Positions 19,141 to 29,421 are shown, counted from the first letter of the stretch. The stretch is DNA of 32,000 nt from Cereibacter sphaeroides 2.4.1 (GCF_000012905.2 NC_007493.2:1500001-1532000); one strand, 5' to 3'. A program made the numbers and translations. The notes: generated by a model from the letters alone, not told the origin.

Positions 19141-19406
19141 TCGGTCGATGGGCACCAGGCCTGCGGTCCACACTCGTCCGACCGGCAAGGGGCTGACGAT
19201 CCATGCCCGGCCGATGGCGGCAGGCCAAGGGTGGCAACGGAGTCGCATGGTCGCGAAAGGGCGCGGGGTCGGCCGTCCGGCCGCGTCCCGGTCGTCGGGG
19301 CGGAGGATATCCTCGCGCCTCAGCCGGGCTCGGCCGGAGCTTGCCGAGCGTCGGCGCCCGCAGGCGGACATCCGCAATGAACATTGGGGATCCACGCTCA
19401 ACTGCG

Positions 19407-19438
19407 TTGACAAAAGATACCTCTTGTACCCTTATTAT
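19407..19438 (+). promoter_or_regulatory. Candidate sigma-70 promoter (perfect TTGACA, AT-rich -10 region CCTTATTAT) for the hypothetical-ORF/EBP operon
   Basis: GTTGACAAAAGATACCTCTTGTACCCTTATTATGG is one of very few AT-rich tracts in the window. It lies about 100 nt upstream of ATG 19540. The spacer is 17-20 nt depending on which -10 hexamer is used. Confidence 0.4.
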
Positions 19439-19539
19439 GGCGTCGTGAGATCGACCGTGAAAGCCGCCGGCAAAGCGTGGCACCATGGTCGACTGCCGGT
19501 TGCGATGCGCAGCCGTCCCACGGCTTGGGAGGAGGATGG

Positions 19540-20013
19540 ATGGTCGACCTCATCTTGAGGCGCGACGGCCCACGTCGTGAAGACGAGGCCGCCCGGCGCC
19601 TGATCGACTCGAACCGAGACCGCATCGGTCGGCTGGCCGATCAGCTGACCGGCGGCGGATGGTCCGCCCAGCAGGCGGCCCGCGCCGCAGCGCCCGCCGC
19701 GGCCCCGGCTCCGATGCCTGCGGCCGCTCGGCGACCGACGGGCGAAGCACAGCCCTATCTCCGCTTTAGTTCGAACGGGCGCGTGGTGATCGCCTGCGCC
19801 AACAGTGCGCGGCAGCTGCATTTTCTGGGCGAATTGCGCTGGCGCGACGGCAAGCGACGCTTTGTGCTGGCGACGGCGGAGAACGGCTTTATCGCGCCGC
19901 TCGAGGAGGAGTTCGCCGCACGGATCGCCGACCTCGACGGCCTGCTCCTCGGGACCGAGACGGACCGCGAGGCGCTGGAGGTCACGCTTCGCGAGCGGCT
20001 CGACCTCGCCTGA
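19540..20013 (+). CDS. Hypothetical protein, 157 aa, no family recognised
   Basis: ATG 19540 is preceded by GGAGGAGGA. The protein has an N-terminal helical segment (RREDEAARRLIDSNRDRIGRLADQL), an Ala/Pro linker, and a C-terminal approximately 85-aa domain (PYLRFSSNGRVVIACANSARQLHFLGELRWRDGKRRFVLATAENGFIAPLEEEF...). It ends 44 nt before the EBP gene on the same strand. Confidence 0.55.
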   Translation: MVDLILRRDGPRREDEAARRLIDSNRDRIGRLADQLTGGGWSAQQAARAAAPAAAPAPMPAAARRPTGEAQPYLRFSSNGRVVIACANSARQLHFLGELRWRDGKRRFVLATAENGFIAPLEEEFAARIADLDGLLLGTETDREALEVTLRERLDLA

Positions 20014-20057
20014 CCGGCGGACCCGGATCATGGGAAGACCAACTGGGGAGGATCGCG

Positions 20058-21995
<1,938 letters not shown>

Positions 21996-22009
21996 CCTCC
22001 GGAAAGACC

Positions 22010-22031
22010 AGGGGCGGCCGAAGCCGCCCCT
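22010..22031. terminator. GC-rich hairpin between the convergent EBP and ADH genes (putative bidirectional terminator)
   Basis: AGGGGCGGC-CGAA-GCCGCCCCT has a 9-bp stem. U-tracts are poor on both strands. Confidence 0.45.
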
Positions 22032-22036
22032 CGCCC

Positions 22037-23131
22037 TCATTTCACGGCTTCGGCCGTTCGTTCTTCGACCCGCCTGGCCGAAGGGGCGCCCGGAACGATT
22101 ACCCCCCGTCCCGTGAAGCGGCGGTTCTTGAAGTCGTCGATGGCCGTGTTGATGTCCTCCAGCGCGAATTCGGTCTGGTGCATCTTCACCTTGCCGTCGG
22201 CGTTCAGCTCCATCAGCTCGACGAGTTCCGTGTAATCGCCGACAAGGCTGCCACCGATGCGGATCTCGCGCGCGACAAGCTCGAGGGTCGGGATCTCGAT
22301 GGTGCCGCCATAGCCCACCATGATGAGATCGCCGCCGTTCTTCAGAAGCTTCCAGCACAGGTTCTCGACGCCGAGTTCGCCCACGAAATCGATCACCACC
22401 CGGGCGCCGCCGCCGGTGATCTGGCGCACCTCCTCGATAAGGTCGGGCCCGCCCGAGAGCACCTTGTCCGCGCCGAGCTCCTTCGCGAGCACCTGCGCGC
22501 CCGGCTCGCGGTCGACCGCGATGGTCCGGCAGCCCGCCATCTCGTTCAGCACCTGCAGGGCGATATGGCCGAGCCCTCCCACGCCGAGGATCAGCGCCCA
22601 GTCGCCCGGATTGAGCAGCTTCGCCGCCCGCTTGGCCGCGCGGTAGGCGGTGATGCCGGCATCGGCCATCGGCGCCACCGAGAGCGGCGTGATCCCCGTG
22701 TTCAGCTTGATGAGCGACCGCTCGGAGGTCTTGAAATATTCCGCGAAACCGCCGTCCAGCCCGAGGCCGGGAAAGAGGTTGTTCTGGCAGTGCATGTCAT
22801 GGCCATGGCGGCAGTTCAGGCAGATGCCACAGGTCCGCAGCGGATGGCAGATCACCGCATCGCCGGGTTTCACCGACGTCACGCCCGAACCCACGTCCTC
22901 GACCCATCCCGCGTTCTCGTGCCCCATGATGTAGGGCAGAAGCGAGCCATGGCTGTCCATGATATCGCGCCAGACGCCTTCTATGATGTGCAGATCGGTC
23001 CGGCAGAGCCCGGCCGCCCCCACCTTAACGATCACTTCGTCCGGCCGGTCGATGGTGGGCGAAGGGACGTCCTCGATCTTCAGCCGGACGTTCATCGCCG
23101 GGTCGTATTCGTAAAGCCTCGCAGCCTTCAT
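22037..23131 (-). CDS. Zinc-dependent NAD(P) alcohol dehydrogenase (MDR family), 364 aa
   Basis: Catalytic Zn motif GHENAG, structural Zn CGICLNCRHGHDMHC, and Rossmann GVGGLGH. ATG 23131 is preceded by GGGAGGA. The track ORF 22037..24838 is a spurious upstream extension through the antisense frame of groEL. Confidence 0.92.
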   Translation of the reverse strand: MKAARLYEYDPAMNVRLKIEDVPSPTIDRPDEVIVKVGAAGLCRTDLHIIEGVWRDIMDSHGSLLPYIMGHENAGWVEDVGSGVTSVKPGDAVICHPLRTCGICLNCRHGHDMHCQNNLFPGLGLDGGFAEYFKTSERSLIKLNTGITPLSVAPMADAGITAYRAAKRAAKLLNPGDWALILGVGGLGHIALQVLNEMAGCRTIAVDREPGAQVLAKELGADKVLSGGPDLIEEVRQITGGGARVVIDFVGELGVENLCWKLLKNGGDLIMVGYGGTIEIPTLELVAREIRIGGSLVGDYTELVELMELNADGKVKMHQTEFALEDINTAIDDFKNRRFTGRGVIVPGAPSARRVEERTAEAVK

Positions 23132-23181
23132 GATGTCCTCCCGTTGTGCGGCCCGCCGGGCGCTCCCGGCGGGCTCGGTCT

Positions 23182-24813
23182 TCAGGGCCGGCCGAGCCGT
23201 TCGGCGCCGCCGCCCAGAGCGGGGCCTTCGGTCGGATCCTCCGCCTCGTCGAAATGGCCGACCAGCGTCTCGGTGGTCAGGATCAGCGCCGCGACCGAGG
23301 CTGCATTCGCAAGCGCCGCGGAGGTCACGCGCACCGGATCGATGATGCCGGCCGCGATCATGTCGCGGTGCTGGCCCGAGCTTGCGTCGAAGCCGGTTCC
23401 GGGCTCGGCCTCGGTCACGGCCTTGACCACGGCATTCGGGTCGCTGCCCCGGTTCAGCGCGATCCGCGCGAGCGGCCGCGTCAGGACCGAGCGCACCAGC
23501 CGCACGCCCTCGGCCACGTCGCCCGACAGGCCGGTCAGGGTGTCGAGCACCGGCGCCACCTGCGCCAGCGCCGTGCCGCCGCCGGGCACCACGCCCTCCT
23601 CGGCCGCGGCCCGCACCGCGTTCAGCGCATCCTCGACGAGCTGGATCGTGCGTTTCTGCTCGACGGGCGTCACGCCGCCCGCATGGATGATCGCCGTGCC
23701 GCCCGAGAGCTTCGCCACCCTCTCGCGCAGCTTGTCCTGCTCGATGTTGGGGGGCGCGGCCTCGAACTGGCGCTGCACCTGGGCCCTCCGCGCCGCGATA
23801 GTCGCCGGATCGCCCTCGCCGCGGAGGATCGTGGTGTGGCTGGCGCTGGTCACCACCTTGCCGGCGCCGCCGAGCTGCGCCCGGCTTACCGCCTCGAGCC
23901 GGTGGCCCAGATCGCGCGCCAGCACCTGCCCGCCGGTCAGGATCGCCAGATCGTCCATCATCGCGCGCCGCCAGTGGCCGTATTCCGGCGGATGCACCAC
24001 CAGATAGCGCTCGGGCGCCGGCGCCTCGAGCAGCGAGATCACCACCTCGGGCGAGACCTCCTCGGCCACGATCAGGAGAGGGCGCCCCTCTTCGCGCGCA
24101 AGCGTGCGGGCGGCGGTCAGCGTCTCGGGATCCCGGATCTTCTGATCCGTCATCAGGATCAGCGGGCGGTCGAGATGGGCCTCCATGCTCTCCGTGTCGG
24201 TGACCATGTGGTGCGAGAGATAGCCGCGGTCGAAGGACATGCCCTCGATCACCTCGAGCGTGGTCTCGACCGTCACGCCGTAATCGGCCGTGATGACGCC
24301 GCTGGTGCCCACGCGCGCATGGGCCTCGGCCACGAGGGCCCCCAGCGTCTCGTCGGTGGCGGCGATCCGCGCCACCGCGCCGAGGATGGTCTCGTCGGTG
24401 GCGGCGGGGCGCGCGGTCTCCTTCAGCGCGCCCACCACGCGAGCCACGGCCAGCTCGATGCCGCGGCAGAGATCGACCGGCTTTGCGCCCTTCTCGGCCA
24501 GGATCACCCCCTGCTGGATCATGGCGTTGGCCAGCACGATGGCGGTGGTAGTGCCGTCTCCCGCCACCTCGTTGGTCTGCATCGAGACCTCGCGCACCAC
24601 CTGCGCACCCATATTCTCGAACCGGTCGGGCAGCTCGATCTCGGACGCGATCGAGACTCCGTCGCGCGTGACCAGCGGCGTGCCCACCGGCCGGTCGATC
24701 ATCGCATTCATGCCCTTCGGACCGAGGGTCGGCTCGACCGCCGCGGCGAGACGGGCGACCCCTCGGGCCAGCGCCTTTCGCGCGTCGTGGCTGTGCAGCA
24801 TCTTCTTCGGCAT
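23182..24813 (-). CDS. groL: GroEL-family chaperonin paralogue (MimG-like, monooxygenase-associated), 543 aa
   Basis: LGPKGMN, the ATP-site motif VAGDGTTTA, GVVPGGG and IIDPVRV. ATG 24813 is preceded by AAGGAGGA. There is no adjacent groES and no C-terminal GGM repeat tail (it ends ...GGGAERLGRP). Confidence 0.92.
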   Translation of the reverse strand: MPKKMLHSHDARKALARGVARLAAAVEPTLGPKGMNAMIDRPVGTPLVTRDGVSIASEIELPDRFENMGAQVVREVSMQTNEVAGDGTTTAIVLANAMIQQGVILAEKGAKPVDLCRGIELAVARVVGALKETARPAATDETILGAVARIAATDETLGALVAEAHARVGTSGVITADYGVTVETTLEVIEGMSFDRGYLSHHMVTDTESMEAHLDRPLILMTDQKIRDPETLTAARTLAREEGRPLLIVAEEVSPEVVISLLEAPAPERYLVVHPPEYGHWRRAMMDDLAILTGGQVLARDLGHRLEAVSRAQLGGAGKVVTSASHTTILRGEGDPATIAARRAQVQRQFEAAPPNIEQDKLRERVAKLSGGTAIIHAGGVTPVEQKRTIQLVEDALNAVRAAAEEGVVPGGGTALAQVAPVLDTLTGLSGDVAEGVRLVRSVLTRPLARIALNRGSDPNAVVKAVTEAEPGTGFDASSGQHRDMIAAGIIDPVRVTSAALANAASVAALILTTETLVGHFDEAEDPTEGPALGGGAERLGRP

Positions 24814-24896
24814 ATGGTCCTCCTTGCGCCGCCGCCATCGCGGGGCGTCTGTGCGTCGCGATCCACCGGTCGCGGCTCCCTGTCGATGCCAGCCGC

Positions 24897-25697
24897 TCAG
24901 AGGCGGCTGGCGGCTGCCTCGCGCGGGGGAACGCGGTTGAGGATGAAGTCGATCAGCTCCGGCTGGTCCGGCGCCGTCTCCGCCTCCGGCTGCGTGCGGT
25001 AGCGGGCCGCCTGAAGCCCACGGCAGAGCGCGCCGTTGAACTCCATGTTGATCCGCACCGCCCGCAGCCGCGCCATGTGGTCGGGAAGCGTTTCGGGTGT
25101 CAGAGCCTCGCCGCCCCAGGTCACGAAGGCAGGATCCCCCGGATCGATCGCCCGCAGCGTCTCGCGCAGGATGGCGCGATAGCGCGGCAGTTCCGCAGCC
25201 CCCGGATCGTCGCCGAGCCGCACCCGGCCGAGATCGCCGAGCGTCATCCGGCAGAGCTCGTCCGCCCCCGTCCCCGCCCGACGCAGCGCGAGGATCACCG
25301 CCTCCTGTCGCCTCTGGAAGGCCTTTTCGGCGAAGATCGCGCGGAGCTCCTCGAGATCGCCACCCTCCTCCTCGGCAAAGATGGTGCCGAAGGCCAGGCC
25401 CTCGTTCACGCCGCGGTTCACCTTGTCGGCGAAGAGATGGTCGAGCAGGCGCACCCGCACCTGCCCGACCCAGGTCAGGGCCGCCACCTCGCGCCGGATC
25501 CCCTCGGCCATGAGGAAGGCGAAGTTGGGCGAGCACCAGTAGGTGGGCAGCCGGAAGTCCACCTCGACCGCCCCCTTCTGCACGCTGAGGCGCTCGATGA
25601 AGCCGAGGTCGGTCACAGGCTCGTCCAGCTCGGGGTCAGCCACGCGGGCGAGACGGGCCCAGACGGCGGCCGCCTTTCCAGTCGTCGGCACCTCCAT
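24897..25697 (-). CDS. DUF59/MIP18-like (Fe-S assembly-type) domain protein with an uncharacterised approximately 165-aa C-terminal extension, 266 aa
   Basis: The N-terminal approximately 100 aa read VADPELDEPVTDLGFIERLSV...VEVDFRLPTYWCSPNFAFLMAEGIRREV, which resembles the DUF59 fold signature (DPE..., DLG.., T..C.). I do not recognise the remainder. The gene starts 4 nt after the amidohydrolase stop. Confidence 0.7.
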   Translation of the reverse strand: MEVPTTGKAAAVWARLARVADPELDEPVTDLGFIERLSVQKGAVEVDFRLPTYWCSPNFAFLMAEGIRREVAALTWVGQVRVRLLDHLFADKVNRGVNEGLAFGTIFAEEEGGDLEELRAIFAEKAFQRRQEAVILALRRAGTGADELCRMTLGDLGRVRLGDDPGAAELPRYRAILRETLRAIDPGDPAFVTWGGEALTPETLPDHMARLRAVRINMEFNGALCRGLQAARYRTQPEAETAPDQPELIDFILNRVPPREAAASRL

Positions 25698-25701
25698 CGG
25701 T

Positions 25702-26724
25702 TCACTCCGCCGCGATCAGGACAGGATGGTCCGCGAAGTCGCGCCGCTTCGCATCCACGTCGATGCCGTAGAGCCGCGCCGCGTTCAGGCCGAGGATCTT
25801 CTCCTTGATCTCGTCGGTCAGCTGCACGCCCCGCTCGGCCGCGATGTCCTCGGGGATCTGGAAGTTCCAGAGCCGGTCGACCAGCCATTTCGGCGTCCAG
25901 ATCGCATAGTCCGAGCCGAAAAGGATCTTGTCCGGCCCCAGCCAGAACAGGAGTTCCGCGATGACCTCGGCGAAGTAGCGCGGACGGGTGTGGATGAAGG
26001 GCAGCGCCACCGCGAGCCCGCCGTAGACGTTCGTCTCCTGCACCGCGATCCAGCAGAAATCATCGAGCCGCGGCAGGCCGCAATGTTCGACGATCCAGTT
26101 GAGGCCCTGGAAATCGGTGGCCGCATCGTCCACGTCGCCCACCGAGAAACTGTCCTTGGACAGCGGGATGATCGTCGGGCCCTTGTGGACATGCATGTTG
26201 CGGATGCCGAGCTTCTCGCACAGCTCGAAGCATTTGTAGGCGGCGGGGTCGGTCAGCTTCCAGCCGCGGCTGTCGCCGTGCCACTCGGCGGTGTAGAGCT
26301 TCACCCCGGTGATGTCGTGCGTCTCCTTCATGTAGTGGATGTATTCCAGCGCCTTCTCGCCGTCGCGCGGATCGAAGGCGCCATTGACGATGAAGCGGCC
26401 GGGGTTGCGGGCGGCCATGCGGCTCGACCGCTCGATGCAGCCGAAACCGGTCTTGTAGAAATCGCCGAGCACCGTGGTCTGGATGATCGCCATGTCATCG
26501 GGACCGTCCACGAACAGGTCGCGATAGATGTCGTCCTCGGAATATTTCTCGAAACGCGACTTCTCCCACTTCTCCTCCGGCGGGCTCAGCGCCGAGTGAT
26601 AGGCGTAGAAGCAGTCGATGAACTGCTTGCCGTGGATGTTGCGCTGGTTCTCGGGGCTGCCGTCCCAGAAATGGGTATGGGCATCCACAATAAAGATCTC
26701 GCGGCCGTCGGCGGTCTTGTACAT
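25702..26724 (-). CDS. Amidohydrolase-2 (PF04909-like, TIM-barrel metal hydrolase) family protein, 340 aa
   Basis: The N-terminal metal motif IVDAHTHFW and later His/Asp positions (NMHVHKG, FGSDY) are typical of the family. RBS GGGAGAGAG. Confidence 0.85.
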   Translation of the reverse strand: MYKTADGREIFIVDAHTHFWDGSPENQRNIHGKQFIDCFYAYHSALSPPEEKWEKSRFEKYSEDDIYRDLFVDGPDDMAIIQTTVLGDFYKTGFGCIERSSRMAARNPGRFIVNGAFDPRDGEKALEYIHYMKETHDITGVKLYTAEWHGDSRGWKLTDPAAYKCFELCEKLGIRNMHVHKGPTIIPLSKDSFSVGDVDDAATDFQGLNWIVEHCGLPRLDDFCWIAVQETNVYGGLAVALPFIHTRPRYFAEVIAELLFWLGPDKILFGSDYAIWTPKWLVDRLWNFQIPEDIAAERGVQLTDEIKEKILGLNAARLYGIDVDAKRRDFADHPVLIAAE

Positions 26725-26784
26725 CGCTCTCTCCCTGTTTCGCGTCGTGGGTGAGGCGGGCCGCGGCGGCCCGCCCCGGCGTCG

Positions 26785-27153
26785 TCAGATGTATTCCATC
26801 ACCTCTTCCATGTCGCCGAAGAGGATCACCGTATTGTCGTCCACCCGGACCATGCGGCCGTAGTGGGTCGAGGTGTTCACCTCGAACATCTCGGCGGTCA
26901 TCTCCTTGCCGAGGAACTCGCTGATCTCATCCATCTTGAAGATCAGCTTGCCCTCGCCGTCGATGCGGATGAGCGCCGGGTTGTAGGTGACGGTGACCTT
27001 CGGATCCTGGTCCATGAATTCGGCGATGGCGCGGGCCTCGACCGAGTCGTTCATGGTGACCCCGCACTGGTGCGAGATCGTCTGCTCGAAGGTGATGTCC
27101 TTCATCGACTTGAAGATGTTGGATTTCGTGCTGTCGCGCGCTGCAACGGACAT
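26785..27153 (-). CDS. MmoB/DmpM-family monooxygenase coupling (effector) protein, PrmD/MimD-like, 122 aa
   Basis: The size, the position after the beta subunit, and the sequence style (VTVTYNPALIRIDGEGKLIFKMDEISEFLGK) fit the family. RBS AAGGAGA lies 6 nt before the ATG, and the gene starts 11 nt after the beta stop. Confidence 0.82.
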   Translation of the reverse strand: MSVAARDSTKSNIFKSMKDITFEQTISHQCGVTMNDSVEARAIAEFMDQDPKVTVTYNPALIRIDGEGKLIFKMDEISEFLGKEMTAEMFEVNTSTHYGRMVRVDDNTVILFGDMEEVMEYI

Positions 27154-27164
27154 GTGCTGTCTCC

Positions 27165-28223
27165 TTAGCGGGAAAGGCCGAGCTCGCCGAGGATCCGGCC
27201 CACCCGCTCATGCGAGACGGCGCGGACATCCTCGAAGCTCACGGGCTTGGAGTGGGGCTGCGACCAGATCGGCTGCAGGGCCGCGGCCGCCTTGTCGGCA
27301 AGCGTCGCGTGCTTGCCGATCCAGGCGGTCATCAGCGCGCGGTTGGCCTCCGCATGCTGGTTGTCGGTCGCGAGCAGATACATCAGGTCGATGGTGTTCG
27401 CGAGGTTGCGCTCGTAGTCGGCCTCGGCCGCCGAGATCACCGGGGGCGTGATGAAATCGTTGTTCGCCGCCGCCGCCTGCATCAGGAAGCCCGACCGGAA
27501 CAGCTCGCCCACCAGCGGCTCGAAGATGAGGTTGATGGCGAAATACTGTTCCAGATAGTCTTCCGCCCCCATGATCGTCTCGACCGCCTCGCGGCAGGGC
27601 TGCCAGACCGGATCCTCGAGCCAGGCGCGCTTGCCGGCCTCGTCATCCCACCCGTCGATGTCCATGCCGATCTCGGCCAGATAGAGCGTGATGTCCTGCG
27701 CGAGCCGCATCTTGTAGGAGGCGTTGGTCAGCGTCGCATTGTTGATCATCTGCGTGTAGCCGTAGCGCTGCGCCTGCATGAGCGAGGTGCCGAGCCCGAA
27801 CTCCGCATGTTTCCACGCGCCGAGATGGGTCTGGAGGATCTTGATCCAGGCGCGGTCGAAGGCGCGCGGCGCGCCCGCCTTGCGGGCATTGGCGATCACC
27901 GACTGCACCATGGTCTCGATCTTCGACTGGCGCTGGTAGTGGGTGCGCTCCCATTCCTGGTCGGGCGCCCGGAACGCGTGCCAGTTCGAGCTCAGCGCCC
28001 GGGTATTGTCCTTGGTGTAGGCGCCCTTGCCGTTGTTGAAGCTGATGATCCAGTCCTGGATCAGATAGCGTTCGGGATCGGGCTGGACATCGCAGGTGAC
28101 GTCCTCGTAATGCGTGGCCCGCTTGCCCCGCGGTTCGAAGTAATTGTAGCGGCGGCTGGCGGAGCCGGCGAAGATCGCCGCGCCCGCGGCGCCGGAGCCC
28201 ACGGAACTCGAGACTGCTGGCAT
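27165..28223 (-). CDS. Soluble di-iron monooxygenase hydroxylase beta (small) subunit, PrmC/MimC-like, 352 aa
   Basis: Ferritin-like helical protein lacking the EXXH iron ligands. The position between the reductase and coupling protein is characteristic of group 5/6 SDIMO operons. RBS GGGAGGAAG. Confidence 0.82.
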   Translation of the reverse strand: MPAVSSSVGSGAAGAAIFAGSASRRYNYFEPRGKRATHYEDVTCDVQPDPERYLIQDWIISFNNGKGAYTKDNTRALSSNWHAFRAPDQEWERTHYQRQSKIETMVQSVIANARKAGAPRAFDRAWIKILQTHLGAWKHAEFGLGTSLMQAQRYGYTQMINNATLTNASYKMRLAQDITLYLAEIGMDIDGWDDEAGKRAWLEDPVWQPCREAVETIMGAEDYLEQYFAINLIFEPLVGELFRSGFLMQAAAANNDFITPPVISAAEADYERNLANTIDLMYLLATDNQHAEANRALMTAWIGKHATLADKAAAALQPIWSQPHSKPVSFEDVRAVSHERVGRILGELGLSR

Positions 28224-28253
28224 TGGTCTTCCTCCCTGATGAAACGGCCGGCG

Positions 28254-29351
28254 TCAGTGCCCCGAGGCGCCGGAAGTTGTGGTGAAGCGGTCAAAGAAGA
28301 TCCGCTCGCTGTCGAAATCGAGCATGAAGAGAACGGGCTGGAGCGCATCGATCATCGGCGGCGGCCCGCAGGCATAGACATCGCCCTGCCCCTCGAGGCC
28401 CTCCTCGCGCAGGATGCGTGAGACCGCCTCGTGGACGAAGCCGCGCTCGCCCGTCCAACCGCAATCGATCGAGGCGTGCGACAGGACCGGGATGAAGCGC
28501 ACCGACGGATGCGCCTCGGTGAGCGACCCGATCTCCTCCAGATGGAAAAGATCTTCCGGCGTGCGCGCGCCGTAGAAGAAAAGCACCTCGCGCGCTTCGC
28601 CGCTGGCCAGATGATCCTGCAGGATCGACCAGACGGGCGACATCCCCGATCCGGCCCCCACGAGGATCACGGGTCCGTCCCGTCCTTCCCGCCGGAAGCA
28701 CATCCCGTAGGGTCCGGTGACGGTGACTTCGGCTCCGAGGCGGATTCCTCCGCTGTCGAGCTGGTTGGAGAATTTGCCGTCGGGGTATTTCTTGATGATG
28801 AACCCGAGGCTTTGGGTTTCGCTCGGCGGATTTGCCATGGAAAACGAGCGCGTAATCGTCTCCCCTTCTTCGGTGGTGACGGTGATGTCGACATATTGTC
28901 CCGCCCAGAATTTCAGGGGAGCGTCGATCTCGATCCCGACCCCGCGGATGTCGTGGGTGAGCCGGTCGAACCTCGAGATGCGGCCCTGGAAGCTCCGGAC
29001 GGGGATCGATTTCGACAGCACCTCCTCGTCATAGTTCAGGAGGTCGATGCAAAGGTCGTCATAGGCCTTCGCCCGGCACATGAGGATATGGCCGCTGTCG
29101 CGCTCGCTCTCGTTCAGGGCGAAGGTGGAATATTTCAGCATCTCCACCTCGCCCTCGGTCAGCACGCATTTGCAGGCCGAGCACTGGCCCTCCTTGCAGC
29201 CGTGCGGCAACGAGATGCCCTGCCGGAAGGCGGCATCGAGGATCGTCTCATCCTCGCGGACCTCGAATTCCACACCCACCGGCTCGAGCCGCACGGTGTG
29301 GGTTTCGACCTCGATCCCGGGCCGCTTCTCCGCTGTGTAAACCTCTCCCAT
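28254..29351 (-). CDS. Monooxygenase NADH oxidoreductase component (plant-type 2Fe-2S ferredoxin plus FNR-like FAD/NAD domains), PrmB/MimB-like, 365 aa
   Basis: Cluster motif CKEGQCSACKC...C (C-x4-C-x2-C...C), flavin motif RSFSMAN, and NAD motif GAGSGMSP. RBS AAGGAGG. Confidence 0.9.
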   Translation of the reverse strand: MGEVYTAEKRPGIEVETHTVRLEPVGVEFEVREDETILDAAFRQGISLPHGCKEGQCSACKCVLTEGEVEMLKYSTFALNESERDSGHILMCRAKAYDDLCIDLLNYDEEVLSKSIPVRSFQGRISRFDRLTHDIRGVGIEIDAPLKFWAGQYVDITVTTEEGETITRSFSMANPPSETQSLGFIIKKYPDGKFSNQLDSGGIRLGAEVTVTGPYGMCFRREGRDGPVILVGAGSGMSPVWSILQDHLASGEAREVLFFYGARTPEDLFHLEEIGSLTEAHPSVRFIPVLSHASIDCGWTGERGFVHEAVSRILREEGLEGQGDVYACGPPPMIDALQPVLFMLDFDSERIFFDRFTTTSGASGH

Positions 29352-29421
29352 TCGGTTCGGCCTCCTTGCCGTCCGTTCTTCCCTTGCGGTGAGGGGGCCG
29401 CAGCCGGCCCCCCGGTCTTGG

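Noticed and set aside
19478-19493. TGGCAC-N5-TCGAC upstream of the 157-aa ORF, a possible sigma-54 promoter
   Set aside because: The -24 hexamer is perfect, but the obligatory GC of the -12 element is missing (GA instead). I treat it as a chance match unless transcript mapping says otherwise.
22037-24838. Track ORFs with very long N-terminal extensions (22037..24838, 23182..25536, 4664..6862, 5437..6840, 12689..13894, 8824..11304)
   Set aside because: The extensions are in-frame read-through of upstream sequence with junk composition. Internal starts with good Shine-Dalgarno sequences and family-typical N-termini were used instead.
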